In this document: in pieces, positions 23,691-35,709 of the stretch
Position numbering within the stretch: position 1 is the stretch's first letter
Layout: each line of letters begins with the position of its first letter
Assembly (NCBI GenBank): GCA_003344405.1
Contig: NOWV01000268.1
Span: forward strand, 1-64,000
DNA: 64,000 bases
Reading direction: 5' to 3'
Source of the DNA: Trichoplax sp. H2
Lineage: Eukaryota
Position numbers and translations under genes: made by a program
The notes under the pieces: generated by a model
Seen by the model: only the letters and a program-made list of their open reading frames with translations
The model's database searches: none
Told to the model about the DNA's origin: nothing

Positions 23691-26239
23691 CTGGTTGCAT
23701 CTTAGTTGATCTAGACATTAAGCAGTCATAGTTTTCTTTTTAAAATTTGAATGATTCTATCACTTTACCCATATCCTGTCGAATTTCAAGTACAAGGTAA
23801 TCGTAAAGCGAAGTGTTGAAATTAGTCGTTATACAATCTCTAATCGGCAGTATGTTTTAGTGCAGAAGTAAGCTACTTGATACACAGTGCATGCTTCCCG
23901 ATATGTTCCATTTGTAATCTACTGTATGGGATTTATAGCACAAGATATTCATCAAATATCGAATCTTTTCCTGATATCAATATGAACAGAAAAGTATGAG
24001 AATATATTTTAGTTGATGGTTTAATCAACTTTCAATCGTTATTTTGCAAAAATCTTGTCAAAGTTAAGAAAAAAATTAATTATCACACCACGAAATCATG
24101 GCTTATACGCAGTATTGTCATAATTTCAAGTAGTCTATTTCATTTCCTCTTTATCCTTATTTCATAGTATGATTGTTAGGAATAACAGTTAGCACTTCAT
24201 ACTAAAAAATTTTAATCTTGGCAATATATTGTAAATGCATGCTTTATAGTAGTAGATCGATATTTAAGACCCTATCATGGAAATGAAATTCACATAAGGG
24301 TTAAAAAAGTCTAAGATATCACTAATGGTAGGTGTAAAATATATCTAATTCATTTGTAAACAAATACGATTATTGGATTTAACATCTCTGCAGAATTGAT
24401 TACTCTCTCTTCTTTAAAATTCTCCGTTTGATTGCAGAAAGGTGAAAAGTTTGATATTTTTATTCCAGCCTATAGATATGGTAATATCTGTAAGCTGGCT
24501 ATTAGCGTATCTTGACAAGAATTAAATAGCTCTAAAATTTCTTATTAATTATATTGCTTTTTGCCCATCTGGAATCGTACATAACTATATAATTAAAGCC
24601 TATTCATTAATTTCCTAAACTGCCTAAATTTCGGATATTAGTCAGAAATTGGTCTAGAATTTTTCAATCTTATTGCCTTCTATCTATTAAACTTGCAAAA
24701 TCTCCATCCAAATCGATTCATTGGTTACGCAATCGTAAAAAAATTTCTAATTAGTTACTCTCTGCTTTAAAGTCTCATTAATTATAATAGGCAAGAACTG
24801 CAGCGGCATAAAGCTTTATTAACTGAATTTTTCGATCAACGGGGTTCTAATGGCACTTTCAAATAAATACAAAAAGCTTATTAAAATAGTTGATTTGAAT
24901 ATTTCTTACAGGTTAATGAATTGGAACAATAAGAATAGAACTTAATCTAGTCAATGACCTTATTCGAGACTTTTGTCATCGAACAAATTAAAATGCAAAT
25001 CAATTGATTTAAGTTAGCATTGATTGATCAAGCCTGAGTAATCTTATACAGAACTGATTATCTACAGCTTCTATCGTTGGGAGAAATAACAATATTAAGA
25101 ACACTATTAATCTAACCACGGATCTTCTACTACCGGTTCTGTAATATACTATAGTCTATATTCATAAGAGATCTGTTTTATTCTGAAGCTTTGGCAGAAA
25201 TCAATTATGTTGGCAAATGACCAATTTCAAAGTACAAATTAGTAGCAGAACATCGCCATCTAAGGACTGCTTATTCCATTTTAGTGGGTCTAAATTGACG
25301 ACAGCAATCCTTTTTAAAAATAGTTTCAATTCATTCCGAATCCACCGGAAGATTAGTCAAATTATAGTCGATGTCGAGCTAAGGTGCTAAAAGAAAAGGA
25401 TCACAATCCTATCCTTAACTTTACATATTCGGTCTCTGTTACTCAAAAGAACGACATTAACGGTTGGCTTATAATTTATCGACAGTAAAATATCATATTC
25501 CTATCGTCTACATACGTATTCGATCTCTGTTAAGGCACCGATAGAAAGGCATTGTAATCGTATCATCAACTTACACATTCAATCTCTGTTAAAGCACCAA
25601 TAGAAAAAGAATTGCGATACTATCCTTAAAATTAGATATTCAATCTTTGTGGCTCAAAGTAACGACTCTAACAGTGGCACTAAGACTCATAAAGTCTTGA
25701 AAATCATTTTACTAAAGATGCTTTTCATTACTGGCAAAGTAGAAGAAAATTCATTTTGATTTTGTGGGCAAATAGCGAATGTACAGGTTAGTAGAAAAAG
25801 TATCCAAGTCATATTCATGTGTAATGATTTGATCTATTCTTGTTTAATCAAAGCTACTCCATCAACGGTTGAACTAGAACTAGCCAAGATTAGAACAATC
25901 ATTTTATTAATAATAATTTCAATTTTTCATCAGCTGATGAACAACTTCCTGATTAATAAGTAGTTAAAGGATGTCCTATAAATGATAGTTTCCATTTATA
26001 AACTGGTTAATAACATACTGATGCACATGTAATTGAAGGACATGATCATTTTACTAATGATAGTTCCAATTTTTGGGAAAACCTGGTGACCAACTTCCAG
26101 ATACGAGTAAGAGCAGTTGAATGATAGTTTCAGCTCCTATTCAAGCTGGTTAACAATCTCCTGATAGATATGATCATCGTATTATTGCAATAAATACATA
26201 TCCATTCTTAGTCAGGCCATTATATCAGCCAAAGACCCT

Positions 26240-27660
26240 TAATTTCTTCTTAAAATAAGAAAATTATTTCGCTTATAGGTACCGTTTTTGTATAGAATTA
26301 AGAAATAAATCAATTGACTTTTAATCTATAACCAAGAATGATATCAAGAAGCGCGAAAAACAATCACAAATCCATCCTCAGTTATTCAGAATTGTGTTTA
26401 ACAATGGAAGTTTTCCTTTCTAATTTATCATAAATTAAGAAATCGTTTCTTTAAAGGTTCTTTTCCGCATAGAATTAAGAAATAAATCATTTAGCTTAAT
26501 CTATAGCCGGTAATGGTAGCAACCCACCCTAAGTCATGCAGGATTGTATTATAACGACTCTAATATTGAAGTAGTGCTACGTCGGACGTCTATCGTTCCT
26601 CTCAAATTCATTTTCAAATAAGAAAATGTTCCATTAATAATTCCTTTTATTCCTAGAATTAAGAACCAAATCATTTTGCTTTAATTTATAATCAATCGAT
26701 ATATAAAAAGTAATAAGAATAATCACAGATCTATCCTGTTATCCAGGAGTGCATTAGCAGGATACTGATATTAAATTCATAATCTCTCGGACAGTAGAAC
26801 TTCCTTTCTAGTTCCTCTTAAAATAAGAAAATCGTTTCATTCAAGAATCTTTCTATACCTAGATGAGACAAATGCATTAATTTACTTTATTCTACCATCA
26901 GTAGTTGTATAAAGCGAGCTCAAAATAATTCCAGATCCATCTTCACAGAGGATTCATCACTGACTCAGGAGTGCATTAGAACGATACTAATGTTAAAGTA
27001 ATATTGCACCAGACAGTAACGCCTCATTTCTAGCTAGTCATAAAATAAGACAATCGTTTCATTTACGATTTCTTATATAGCTAGATGTGAGAAATAGATT
27101 AATACACTTTAATCTACAATTAACAGTCTAATGAAGAGTGCTAAAAATGATCCCAGATCTTTTCTTGATGATGCAGAAGTGTATTGTAAAGATGCTCATA
27201 TTAAAGTAGTATTCCATCGGACAGCACGGTAGCACTTCCTTCCTAGCTCTCGTCGTAAAATAAGGAAATCATTTCATTAAAAATTCCTTTATATCTTGAT
27301 GTGAGAAATCTATAAATTTACTTTAATCTACCATCGACGTTTATTTAAAGAGAGCTAAAAATAATTCCAGATCCAATCTCACTGGGGATTCTTTAACTCA
27401 CTCAGAAGGGTATTATAACGATACTAATGTTTAAATAACATTCAATAGGACAGTAACACTTCCCTTCTAGCTCATCTTAAAATGAGAAAATCATCGTTTC
27501 ATACGAGATTCCTGTTATGACTAGAATCGAAAAATAGATTAATTCATTTTAATCTACGATTAACGGCTAGATAGAGAGTACTAAGAATGATTCCAGATCC
27601 ATCCTCGGTGATACTGGAGTCCATTATAATCAATATTAAGCAGTAATATATCAGAAGATA
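26240..27660. repeat. Diverged ~185-220-bp tandem repeat (~7 units)
   Basis: AAAATAAGAAAATCGTTTC anchor at ~26252, 26431, 26616, 26820, 27042, 27257 and 27479, with shared TTTAATCTA and CCAGATCCAT words. Confidence 0.8.
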
Positions 27661-28049
27661 GCATTTCTTCCTTAGCCAGAAAATTTTAATCATCAATTTC
27701 AATCAAATAATATATTAATAGCTTTGAAGGAACTTTGTATAGAACATAGTAATAATAACAAGGAAGATTTTTATTGTCATTTATTATTGACTTTTCTCTT
27801 TTATGCCAATTGAATGAAAAAGATATTTTCAAAATAAGAAACATTTATTTTCCACCTCTAAAATGCAATTATCCGTTTTATCATCGCAAAGATATGTTAC
27901 TGTCTACTGCAGTGGTAAAATATTCTACCTTGTTGTGTGCGAGTGCTAAATCTCTTTAACAGTTAAAGCAGTCCACGATGGAATGGGTGATTGGAGATAA
28001 AGCATTTGAGCATCTCTGCTTATTAACAAATGTGCTATAATGCTGTTAG

Positions 28050-29160
28050 ATTGTTAAAATCGGTTAGAAAATGATTTCTTCTAAAAGCAAATTCTCAATC
28101 CGACGTGTAATTGAGGTAATCATACACCTATCTTACTCAGTTTATGGTATGATTACTCTTTTTGATCCCCTTTAACTTTGTTCATTTATTAAAGTCGGTT
28201 AGAAAATGATTCCTTTTAAACGTAAATTCTTATTCTGACCTGCAATTTTGAGATACATCTACCTTAATCCAATTATGTGATTGCTACTCTTAAGAATGTT
28301 TACTCCATTAGCTCCCTGGAAACGGTTAGAATTTGTTCCTTTTAAATATTCGACGAAAATTTCTCACTCTGGCATGCAATTGAGATAGTTCTACATTTGT
28401 CTTAATACGTCTATGGTCTAATTACTCTTGTTAATGAGTTTTAACACCATTAATTTGTTAAAGTTGGCTAGAAGTTATTTCTTTTAGACATTCAGCGCAA
28501 ATTCTCACCTTGACATGCAATTGAAATAGTTCTATATCTACCTTAATGCGTTTTAACATCGTTAATTTACTAAAATCAGTTAGAATTTATTCCTTTTGAA
28601 TATTTAACGTAAAATCTCACTTTGGTATGCAATTTACTGTAGATAATTACGAGTGTACTTCTGCCTTAATGCGTAATACGTTTATGGTATTATTACTCTT
28701 GCTAATGAGTTTTAACACCATTAATTTGTTAAAGTCGGCTAGAAGTTGTTCCTTCTGAATATTCAACGTAAATTCTCACTTTAGCATGTAATGAGGATAA
28801 TTATGAGTGGACGAGTACATCTACCTCAATATATTTATAGTATTATTACTCTTTTTAATAAGCTTTAATATCGTTCAATTTTTAAGGTCGATTAGAATTT
28901 ATTCCTTTTAATTAAATATACTCAACATAAATTTTAAGGTTAGTATACAACTGAAATAATTACTAGTATAAATCTACCTTAATTAATCCATTTATGGTAT
29001 AATTACTCTTTTTTAATGAACCTTAACACCGTTAACTTGTTTAAAGTCGGTTAGAATTTATTCGATCAAGATATTCAAAGTCAATTCTCAACCTAGCATG
29101 CAATTAAAATAATTATACATCCACTTTAATATGCTTATGCTGTGATTGCTCTCCTTATTA
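28050..29160. repeat. Diverged ~115-160-bp tandem repeat (~8 units)
   Basis: AAAGTCGGTTAGAA-like anchor at ~28056, 28191, 28320, 28460, 28573, 28731, 28884 and 29043, followed by AAATTCTCA..CATGCAATTG..ATTACTCT. Confidence 0.8.
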
Positions 29161-31510
29161 GCTAATTATTTTAATTTTTATGTAATTAATTAAGTTTAGT
29201 TGTAATCATTTTTGGCCTTGGAATTGTTGATCAAAAGAATGAAAACCTCCTATTTCTGACATCATAGAATGTTCTAATAAATTAAATGCATGCAGAAGTA
29301 AATCCATAAGCGTTTACATATTCTTGAAATCTAACATTCTTTAGATTTCAATTATTTTAATGTTTGTCTCAATAGCGTGGATAATTTCTTTCCATCAAAA
29401 GGCTGAAAACATATTTCCAGCATGATAGAATACTGTAGTAAACGAATTACATACGGAATTAGTTCTATAAAAGTTTATAGAATCTTGTCAACTTTAAGAT
29501 TGATCTGGCAGAGCAGATAGTTATCTATGATAATATCTAGATTTCATGAGAAATTTTGTTCTAAGCTCGTTTTTAAAGTCTGTGATGAAGTAGATTAAAA
29601 AATTGCCCAGCAACGTTCTTTCAAATACTTTCATTTCCTTTTAATCTTTGCTCATATAGCATTTATAGAATGACATAGAAATGGTGGATACTTTTATTCA
29701 TTCAAGACAGTGATTTCTTAAAAATATTTATTCCTGAGCTCATCTCAATATCGTTTCGATACGTTGAATAGAATACTCTTATACAGTATATCCAAAGCAA
29801 TTAATATTATCAAGAACCTTATATAGTTGAAGTAATTCCGTAGAAAAGGTACATCATTTCATTTATGAAATCTCCTTTCTGTCTTTACCCTGAAAGTGAC
29901 TTGAGCAGCTGATTACAGGCAATCTATTCACAAGCATTCGTACCACTATTTCCGATTTCTATTCTACATACTTTTGACTAAATCTCAAGGCATTAAATAT
30001 TAATGGTACATGCTCAAGAAATTCACTAGTGCTGTTTAATTAATGGTTGTCAGGTCTATTAAAAGTGTTACAGGCAATCTATCATTGAAGTAGAGTTGAA
30101 TTTTGCACCTATATTGTGATTATCATTAGAAAATACGAATAACGCATAACTTGAATCAAATTCTAGAGTTTATTTACTTTAGAATCCAAATATAGAATTC
30201 ATCAAACAATGACGTGAAATTACCAATAGTGCTCTTTCGGTCAAGACTTTGAGTTACTAACAGTATTTAAAAGTTTGAACTTAAAATCTTATTAAGGAGA
30301 ATTGGGGTAATTTTGTTAGGTTGAGCTGCTCTTCCAAGTACAGAAATTGCCACATTTCCAGTATTTGGTCTTGATTTAGCTCTATTACAGAGGTAAAGCT
30401 ATTATTTTCATGCGTATTTATATCTAGCCTCAATCAAGGCATGGATAGGAAGATTGTATGAATTCTAATCTACAAGAATAGCTATAATTATGCGATTATT
30501 CTCTTTTGAGCAGTCCTGAATGAATTTCATCCACTATCATTCATTGACTATGTTATAGAATAACATTCTTCTCTTCTACGGAGTTTCCTATTAGGCAACA
30601 GTTTTAATATTATCGTTATAATTCAGATTGATACCTTCGGACATTAATCCGTAAGGATGTTTCTAATAGCAACTAGAAGTGAATGATTCCTTTTACTATC
30701 ATCTTTCATTCCTAACCTGTCGAATCTTAGTGATTAGTAATGCGAAAATAGATTTTGCAATAAATTATTATTTCCAAGTAATATCTCCTTTCAATTCTTT
30801 CTTCTGATACTTAAGTTAATTTTGAATGAAATTATCGAAACGTTCTTATTGCATTGGAAGTTTGTAATGATGGCTAGCCTAAGCTAATCCACAGAGAGAC
30901 ATATGTCTTGATCTTATTGAACGTAGAACAATTTCGTTAATCCAATTAGAGACAATTTTAAACTGTAAAACTACTTAATAAGTGGAGGGGAATTCGGTTG
31001 AAATGATAAGTTGTAGAGCTTACCATATACTCGAATCAGATTCGTTGTAATCTTAACTTTACTATACCATCTTATTTGGAGACATTTTGCAAAATGTATT
31101 CGTTGTAGGACTTGACACTATTACATTGTTTTCACTCTCTCATTTTCTTGTAGATATCGACTGAAATGGATAAATGGCTGTTTTAAATCTGTAGCGATAT
31201 TACGTAAAATGCCTATCTACAGCAATTCATTCTGTTACAGAGAGAAAGAGTGGCTAAACATTCACAAGTTATTGAATTAAGCTAAATTATTTTTAGCTTC
31301 AACTCTTAAAAGTAATCTATGGTGAATACTAGATACAAATCATTTTATTCTTGAAAAATAATCCTATACTGAAAGCTGAATACAAAGACACCTTTACTAT
31401 AATTCTAGGTTTATAATTACCTAAAAAATCTTTCCAGATACCCCAATACTAGTCTAAAAAAATTATTACTCTTGGTGAGAAAGTCATTCTACAAAGACTC
31501 TGGCTACAAG

Positions 31511-34105
31511 ATGGCTAACAATTTCAAAACGAAACGATTGCATCAGAGTTTAGAAAATATTTTAATCGATAACCAGAGCCATAAGAAAAAGATTGATCTT
31601 TTTTTACGTATTATCCAAGAAAATCTGACTCAATTAGATGATATTATCCGCTACTTTATATCTCGAGTTCATGGATCCAATTTTAAACCTTACCTTACAA
31701 TTTTAATTATTGCTCTATGCCGCATTTACATCTATTACCATCGGAAGATGAAATCGACCACAAGAACTCAAGTTTATTCATTACTTTATTTTATCGTAGA
31801 TACATCATTTTTTCAAGCATCGCCTTGTATGCTACACAACCATGTTGTTGATATCCTAGGTCGCGATCAAACTCTTTTAAATCGACTTACTAAGCAACAT
31901 AGCCTTACAGCCAGCAAATTAGTTCCTTATATCGACATTAATCATAGCCAATTTTTTATCTTGTATCAAAATTTAATATTATCCAGAGAAAGTATCCGGT
32001 ATATATCCATAGGCTTATGTGGCATTAATAAAATCATTCATCTTCATTCTCCATCCTACCCATGGCAAGAATTAGCAATAGAATTGTTAAAGATGAAAGA
32101 CTCTCCGCTAATAGGCCCAATAACCAATTTATCATCTAATCAGCAAGTTAGTATCTTATGTCAAAGTATTCAGTTGGCTGTTAAAATACTACAAAATGAT
32201 TCTTCGTTTCGTTTAATGAACGATATGATTAACATCATATTGCCGACAAATTTAATAATAGATAAGCTATACTCCAATTTAATCAATATCACTTATTCTT
32301 GTAGCATCTTACAAATCTTGACCATTGCTAAATCTAATTTAGTTCATATTTTAAATAATTATGATATAATTGGTTACCAAATATGTCAGTGGTTAATTGA
32401 ACAATATAATTCATCAGCGAATCATCAACAAGAAATTATCATTCATAGCCTCACAGAATTTATCATCGAATGTCCAAATGAATTTGAATTATATTCAAAA
32501 GTGATACACCAGGTTGCTGTATCTTTTTCCAATTTATTTGGCCATGCTTCAAACCCATATATCCGTCGATTATTACTTAAATCATTAGATCAAATATTTA
32601 AAACATATCGCCTCGAAATACATGCTAATCAAGCGGTTAATGAAATTTTTAAGCAACTTCTAGAGGATAGAGGCATTGATCCAGTACAGCAATGTTACTT
32701 AATTGATATTCTTGCTAATTTTGCTAATTATTACAGCAATGTTCTAGGGGATAAAATTCGGGCTAAGTTATGGCTTTGTCTTAAAGAGGATAATATCCAT
32801 TTTGATTCAACTGTGCGGTTAGCTATTGAAAAAGTATTAATTTGTAAATATAATGCTTGCCAGGTAGAAATAGTTCAAAGCATTCTTCTTTCTTCTCAAC
32901 ATGAAAGTAATAAGATCAAAGCAATCAATATTTTACAAGAATACAGTGAATTAAGTGATTCTTATTTTGAAGCTAATTTATCAACATTGGTATCAGTCTT
33001 GAAAGATGATACTTATGTAGAGACTAGAGTAAAAATTATCCGTATTTTTATTCTTTGGATACAGCAAGATTATCATTCCTCAACAATTCTTCAGTATCTA
33101 TGGTTAGTTATTATAGATTCTACATGTACATCATCTAGTAATGAATTAGTTAGAAATCAAATTGTTGAACAATTATTGGTCTTGCAGAAACTTAACCGAG
33201 AGCAAGTTCAATATTTAGCAACGAAATATAGCGTAACAGCAATTCGAAAAAAAGCTTTACAACATTTAACAAGCGATGCTATGACTATCGAGAAAAAAAC
33301 TTTAATAACCTTACTAATATCACATTTACAATTTGAGAGCAATACAGAATTATTTAAAGATATTCTTAATGCCGTTTTAATTATCTTAAAATCTACAGGC
33401 TTAGAAAATGAGTATCAACATCATTTCCTGGCTCTTATTAAGAATCCAAGCATACCTAAAAGTAATAGAGTAATGTTAGTTCAATGTAATTACTGGCAGG
33501 AAGTGGAAAAATGGAAAAATACTATCCTATATGCGTTCGAAGACGCTTTACAAATAGATGCTATCGATCATTTATTTCGTCACTACTTTGAATTAAATCA
33601 AGAAGAAGAAAGAAAAGCAATAGAGTTATTATTCCTAGAGAAATTGACTTGTATTAACATCAGCCCGCACGTTAGGATTTGTCTAAAAAATACTGTGACA
33701 TTAATCGACAAAATAAAATCCGATTTTCGACACGTACTGACATCAAATGGCAGTCTTGCTCAGCAACTTCATGGAACACTACATACGCCAACTGATACTT
33801 TTACCTGCATCAATAATAATGAAGCTTATTTGAATATAGCAAAATGGCAAGACTTGGTGTCAAGGAATTTCAACGCTACGAGAAATATCACTGAAAATAG
33901 TGGATTAAAAGCCACCATCACTACCTTACCTAATGATACTATCGTAAGTAATGGAGGTAGAGCCCAAACGAAGAGCGAGCATAGTCAGCACACAAGCAGA
34001 AATGTCGACTCACAATATATAAATAGAAGGAATTATATACATTTTCTATTCCAACTAACCCTAATTATTGCTCTCTATATCTTTACCATCTATCAAGTCA
34101 ACTGA
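31511..34105 (+). CDS. Intronless orphan alpha-helical (HEAT/ARM-like) protein, ~864 aa, with predicted C-terminal membrane anchor
   Basis: Uninterrupted ORF (the track starts at TTG 31472; first ATG is 31511). Helical Leu/Ile-rich body, S/T/N-rich linker, then RRNYIHFLFQLTLIIALYIFTIYQVN*, a basic patch followed by a terminal hydrophobic stretch. Confidence 0.8.
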   Translation: MANNFKTKRLHQSLENILIDNQSHKKKIDLFLRIIQENLTQLDDIIRYFISRVHGSNFKPYLTILIIALCRIYIYYHRKMKSTTRTQVYSLLYFIVDTSFFQASPCMLHNHVVDILGRDQTLLNRLTKQHSLTASKLVPYIDINHSQFFILYQNLILSRESIRYISIGLCGINKIIHLHSPSYPWQELAIELLKMKDSPLIGPITNLSSNQQVSILCQSIQLAVKILQNDSSFRLMNDMINIILPTNLIIDKLYSNLINITYSCSILQILTIAKSNLVHILNNYDIIGYQICQWLIEQYNSSANHQQEIIIHSLTEFIIECPNEFELYSKVIHQVAVSFSNLFGHASNPYIRRLLLKSLDQIFKTYRLEIHANQAVNEIFKQLLEDRGIDPVQQCYLIDILANFANYYSNVLGDKIRAKLWLCLKEDNIHFDSTVRLAIEKVLICKYNACQVEIVQSILLSSQHESNKIKAINILQEYSELSDSYFEANLSTLVSVLKDDTYVETRVKIIRIFILWIQQDYHSSTILQYLWLVIIDSTCTSSSNELVRNQIVEQLLVLQKLNREQVQYLATKYSVTAIRKKALQHLTSDAMTIEKKTLITLLISHLQFESNTELFKDILNAVLIILKSTGLENEYQHHFLALIKNPSIPKSNRVMLVQCNYWQEVEKWKNTILYAFEDALQIDAIDHLFRHYFELNQEEERKAIELLFLEKLTCINISPHVRICLKNTVTLIDKIKSDFRHVLTSNGSLAQQLHGTLHTPTDTFTCINNNEAYLNIAKWQDLVSRNFNATRNITENSGLKATITTLPNDTIVSNGGRAQTKSEHSQHTSRNVDSQYINRRNYIHFLFQLTLIIALYIFTIYQVN

Positions 34106-34616
34106 TAAAGTATTAGCACCTTAAAGCTGTAAGTCTTTGTGTCTGCAGAATTAAGCGAACAATTCTACAACTGTAATCTTACTAGTTAATTTATTATGTA
34201 AATGTTGTATGTATATCCGTATCTTATATATATTATATGCATGTTGACGTTTAAAATATAAAGTATAATAGTAAATGGCCTTGGAATACTGCATTGATTT
34301 ATAAAATATTTAGCTACAAAGCACATAACTTCCTTTAACCTACATCAAACATTCGACTAGATTTAGCAATAATACAATAACTCTAGATATTTACCTATGA
34401 TGATATAAATCAATAGCTAAAGTTTGAGAGCATTTTTATGTGGATGCTTTATTAGCAACATTCGTTGATATCAATAAATGTGTTTATGGGACGAAATATT
34501 GGTATTAGTCATTTCTGTCAATTTTTAACAGACTCGCTATATTAGAAATTATTATCTGCATTATATCTATCTTAAGCAGTATTTGAATATTGTCGATTCT
34601 GATTTTTTCATAAGTA

Positions 34617-35358
34617 CTAGTGCAAACTCCCGTCGCTTTGCTGACGGTTTACGATAATGTGCTCATTTAACGGATAGTATTACCATTTGATAGACCTGTC
34701 AGACAGTCTATTTCAACTATGCTCAAATATAGTTTGTCATGTTTAGTTATTTATAGCACCTACAGTCTTCGCTATTTCCTACAATCATTTACTATTGTAT
34801 AGTTTGTTTATGGTATATGAAGTATATAATTTACAATATTGTTCTCTGTATGTATTCTCTCTCTAAAATTATAAATACTGATGATTTCTGCCTCAAATTT
34901 GTTTAGTTGCATTTGTTAGTGCTGGTATCTACAAACGTTACTTCACGACCGCTTATACGCTGATCTACCAGTAACTACCACACTGTACCTAGTTATTCTT
35001 TACAATAAATATCTCTCTTTCTAATAACCCTTCGTATCATTATTGTGAAATGCCTAAGGAGTCCACGTCCGCAGACTTTTCGAAACCTCCATCACATAAA
35101 GTGCGTACCATGACATAGCAATTCTTGATTTTCGTTAGTTGCTATTTCCTGGGTAAGTATTTCCATACAGATAGTACAATATTGCATGTACGATATTTTT
35201 ATTTTCTGCTCTAATGTTGAAACATTAAATCAGCTAATGCAATCTGTTAGAATTATCGCTATGGTTAGGCATGTAATTCAATACTTGATTTTGGATTGCG
35301 AACATTTCGAAAGAGGCGCAGCATCTATTCGGCAATTCATACCTGTAGTATATAAAGA
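34617..35358 (-). mobile_element. Candidate non-autonomous Helitron (3' end well formed; 5' end tentative)
   Basis: Minus strand ends CCGTCAGCAAAGCGACGG (imperfect hairpin)-GAGTTTGCA-CTAG|T at 34617-34620. A possible 5' end A|TCTTTATATAC is at 35358. Confidence 0.4.
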
Positions 35359-35709
35359 TGGTATGACACTGCACAAACTATCGAACGTTGCAATATTTAT
35401 TAATTAGGTATCTGCTCAATCAGTGGCATAAGTAACTAGGCATACATATTTCTATTGACATAATATCAAAAATCGATATCATTCTACGTTAGATAATCTT
35501 AGAAACTGGTATCAGAAATATAAATACGTCTTAATTTACTATTAATAATCATAGCTCAATTAATTTGCAGTTCTCTGCAATCTCTTATTGGCTAATCTCT
35601 CAAATCGAATAAAATATCCGTAAAAAAAACAATTAAAAAAATTTCATGAGTAATAAATTCATTTATAATGATTATTATATTCATGGATATACAATAAACA
35701 GTTTGTGAA

